This document shows positions 44,850 through 47,260 of a DNA stretch of 47,260 nucleotides, in pieces. Source of the DNA: an uncultured bacterium (GTDB lineage Bacteria; Patescibacteriota; Minisyncoccia; Phycocordibacterales; PALSA-1337). A program made the translations under genes and the position numbers. Location: positions 1 through 47,260 of the forward strand of contig CAIPHR010000052.1 of NCBI GenBank assembly GCA_903864905.1. The letters are read 5' to 3'. Position 1 is the first letter of the stretch; every line of letters starts with the position of its first letter. The notes under the pieces are model-generated. The model was not told the DNA's origin, did not search any database, and was given only the letters and a program-made list of their open reading frames with translations.

Positions 44850-46658
44850 TTGTTAAATTTAATGAAAGATGAAACTATAAAAACTGAAAAAATAACAAGA
44901 GATAATCTATATACTGGTTTCAAAGTTCTTATGAGATATCTTTCGAGATATCGCAAAGATATAACCATTTTAAGTATTATTGGCATCTTGTCGGCAGTAG
45001 GTAATGGTGTAATTCCATATATAGCTGGTAAATTTTTTGATTCGATAATAACTCCCAGTTCAATAACAATTTTAAATATCATTTTTCCGCTCTACGTGGC
45101 GTTACTTATTCTCTGGACTATCATACAACTTACGACTTATATATTTGATTGGCGCATTCAAATAAAAAGTGAGGTTCTAGGCGAATACATTTGGATGGAT
45201 TATATGTCAAATGGATTTGGATTCCTTTTGAATTTACCTGTATCTTTTCATAAAAGAAATAAAATTGGGGAAATCGGTCAAAAAATAAATAATGCAGCCG
45301 GGTCGCTTGAAAGGATTGCTAGTAGAACTGTAATTGACCAAACTCCGCAGATTTTGAGCATCATTATTGCTCTAGTGGTCGCATTCATCCTTAAGCCACT
45401 TTTGGCTATGTTTCTGGTTGTCGGGCTTGCTACATATCTATATATTCTATACAAAAATACCAAACCATTAGGTGGATACCAAAAAGAATATTTTGATAAA
45501 GTAAATCAATTTTATGGCGATGCATACGATATGATTGGCAATACAATAGCGGTAAAGCAAGCTACGGCAGAGGAATATGAGCGAGAAAAATTAAACAAGC
45601 AGACAAAAGAAATGCTACCGATATGGGCGAAACAGATAAAAGTCTGGGCAGAGTTAAGTATGTACCAGCGGATTACCATTCTTTGCACACAAATTTTGAT
45701 CTTCATTGTTTCTATATATTATATTCATCTCGGAGTAATGACTTTAGGAGAATTGCTTGCGCTCAACGCTTATGCCGCAATGATCTTTGGTCCATTTATA
45801 GCAATTGCTAGAAATTGGCAGACAATTCAAAATGGAATAATTAGCATTCAAGAGACTGAAAAGATTCTGGCTTTAGATATTGAAAATTACGAACCAAAAC
45901 ATTCAAAAGAATTCGAGGTTCGTGGTGATATTTCGTTCAGTAATGTCTCATTTCAATACGATGAAGGTAAGCCGGTATTATCAGACATTTCATTCTCTGT
46001 TAAAGTCGGGGAAGTCATCGCTCTTGTCGGTGAATCTGGAGTTGGTAAAAGTACACTTATAGATCTAGTCTCGGCATATCATTTTCCTACACAAGGAAAG
46101 GTTACGATTGATGATCACCCGATAGAATCGTTGAACTTGAGGTCACTCCGATCTCAAATCGCCGTTGTACCACAGGAAGTCGTACTTTTCAATGATACAA
46201 TCAATACAAACATCAAGTATGGAAATTTCCACGCTACAGATGAACAAATGGAAAATGCGGCAAAGAAAGCCTACGCCCATGATTTTATTGAGAAATTTCC
46301 AAACAAATGGGAACAGCTTGTTGGCGAGCGTGGTATCAAATTATCCGTAGGACAGAAACAGCGCATTGCAATAGCTCGGGCAATCCTGCGAAATCCACGC
46401 ATTCTAATTCTGGATGAGCCAACTGCCGCTCTTGACGCCGGTTCTGAAAAAATTATCTCAGATTCTCTAGATGAGCTAATGAAAGGTAAGACCACATTTA
46501 TTATTGCCCACCGTTTGAGCACTGTTCGTAGAGCCGATAAAATATTGGTTTTCAAAGAAGGACGACTTATTGAGTCAGGTAAGCATGAGGAACTGATAAC
46601 TAGAGAAGATGGGGAGTATAGGCGATTATACGAGCTTCAAATTGGTTTACATGGATAA
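44850..46658 (+). CDS. ABC exporter, fused permease + ATPase (MsbA/multidrug type)
   Basis: About 6 TM spans, then an NBD with Walker A GESGVGKST, signature LSVGQKQR, Walker B ILILDEPT. The track start is TTG 44850; ATG 44862 (MKDETIK) is an equally plausible start. Confidence 0.9.
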   Translation: MLNLMKDETIKTEKITRDNLYTGFKVLMRYLSRYRKDITILSIIGILSAVGNGVIPYIAGKFFDSIITPSSITILNIIFPLYVALLILWTIIQLTTYIFDWRIQIKSEVLGEYIWMDYMSNGFGFLLNLPVSFHKRNKIGEIGQKINNAAGSLERIASRTVIDQTPQILSIIIALVVAFILKPLLAMFLVVGLATYLYILYKNTKPLGGYQKEYFDKVNQFYGDAYDMIGNTIAVKQATAEEYEREKLNKQTKEMLPIWAKQIKVWAELSMYQRITILCTQILIFIVSIYYIHLGVMTLGELLALNAYAAMIFGPFIAIARNWQTIQNGIISIQETEKILALDIENYEPKHSKEFEVRGDISFSNVSFQYDEGKPVLSDISFSVKVGEVIALVGESGVGKSTLIDLVSAYHFPTQGKVTIDDHPIESLNLRSLRSQIAVVPQEVVLFNDTINTNIKYGNFHATDEQMENAAKKAYAHDFIEKFPNKWEQLVGERGIKLSVGQKQRIAIARAILRNPRILILDEPTAALDAGSEKIISDSLDELMKGKTTFIIAHRLSTVRRADKILVFKEGRLIESGKHEELITREDGEYRRLYELQIGLHG

Positions 46659-46751
46659 GAAGCTATTATAAGACCCATTAATTCCTTTCTAATATCGTCC
46701 CACAGCGCGCACTATTTATATGGTTGCGGAAATGTTATATAATATAAACAT

Positions 46752-47260
46752 ATGAGTAATACACAACAATTGTCGCAAGAACTCGCTTCTTTGAGAAGGG
46801 AGGAACAACAGGAGTCAAGCTCTTTATTGCGAAAAGAGGGGGAATTGCGTCAGGTTAGTAATAATAAACTCAATATAGAAAACACGATTGCGCAAAAGAC
46901 GAGGGAACTTGGTGCAAAGAAAAAAAGGATCACCCAGATCAAACCTGATCTAGAAAGGGAGGAGTCGCAGTTGAAAGAGCGCAATACGAAACAGGCTGAG
47001 CTCGACAATGAGAAAGATCATCTGGGGTCTTCTTCAAAAAAAGTAGAGTTAAAGCGTTCTATTGAGTCCAAGAGGTCAGAGATCAAAAAAAGACAGTTCA
47101 TGATACAGAAACTGACCGCAGAAGTAGAGACTAGCCAGGCAGATATAGACAAAATAAACATAGAGCTTGGTACATATGAAAAGAATGAGAAGATCATTCA
47201 AGAAAAAGCTATACAGCTAGGTAAGTCTGGGGGAGGATCAAGTCTGGAACAATCAGTGAA
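46752..47260 (+). CDS. Partial (5' part) coiled-coil protein, runs off the window
   Basis: Open from ATG 46752 to the window end (169 codons). Heptad-like charged sequence (LKERNTKQAELDNEKDHL...). TATAAT at 46738-46743, 8 nt before the ATG. Not in the ORF track because there is no stop. Confidence 0.6.
   Translation, partial: MSNTQQLSQELASLRREEQQESSSLLRKEGELRQVSNNKLNIENTIAQKTRELGAKKKRITQIKPDLEREESQLKERNTKQAELDNEKDHLGSSSKKVELKRSIESKRSEIKKRQFMIQKLTAEVETSQADIDKINIELGTYEKNEKIIQEKAIQLGKSGGGSSLEQSV

Noticed and set aside
351-46658. Alternative genetic code with UGA recoded, as in some reduced-genome lineages
   Set aside because: All long conserved ORFs are intact with the standard code, and three genes plausibly terminate at TGA. 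No in-frame TGA needs to be read through.

Overview
AT-rich, very gene-dense bacterial chromosomal window: about 45 protein genes, 2 tRNAs, and spacers mostly under 100 bp. It spans the replication-origin neighbourhood: yidC-rnpA-rpmH (minus strand), a DnaA-box spacer, dnaA, a second DnaA-box spacer, then dnaN-DUF721 (plus strand). Left of the origin are housekeeping genes (tRNA-Arg, cca, xth, a Xer-type recombinase, rpsO-NYN-pnp, a DksA-like gene, comM, a LysM/M23 hydrolase, a UvrD/PcrA helicase, rsmA). Also left of the origin is an 11-gene, 12.7-kb co-directional cluster (15477-28208) of membrane and secreted proteins. That cluster is built around a VirB4-family ATPase, a VirB6/TrbL-like polytopic protein, a PrgI/VirB3-like protein and a two-TM pilin-like protein. 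It looks like a minimal Gram-positive-style type IV secretion-like apparatus with no relaxase, coupling protein or VirB11. Right of the origin are a class A PBP, ruvC-yebC-ruvB (no ruvA), an orphan PilB/GspE ATPase, tsaE, polA, a holA-like gene, tRNA-Lys, an ABC exporter and a partial coiled-coil gene. The gene style suggests a reduced-genome Patescibacteria/CPR-like organism: short YebC/HolA/YidC forms, tRNAs without encoded CCA beside cca, no Shine-Dalgarno motifs, and TGnTAtAAT boxes 6-9 nt from start codons. That assignment is inference only. The most unusual observations are: (i) two in-frame copies of a GC-rich ~80-nt palindromic element inside polA, whose closing helices differ in sequence but stay complementary; (ii) three unrelated long inverted-repeat/hairpin elements in spacers (20845-20948, 37508-37668, 39485-39607, the last with 29-bp perfect arms); (iii) five perfect CTGTGGATAA DnaA-box decamers, all non-coding and four of them away from oriC; (iv) an edge-truncated 4 x 21-bp tandem hairpin repeat at 1-84; (v) a pervasive leaderless-type promoter/start architecture; (vi) a truncated duplicate of tRNA-Lys exactly one tRNA length upstream of the intact gene. 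The standard genetic code fits (no in-frame TGA in the long ORFs).
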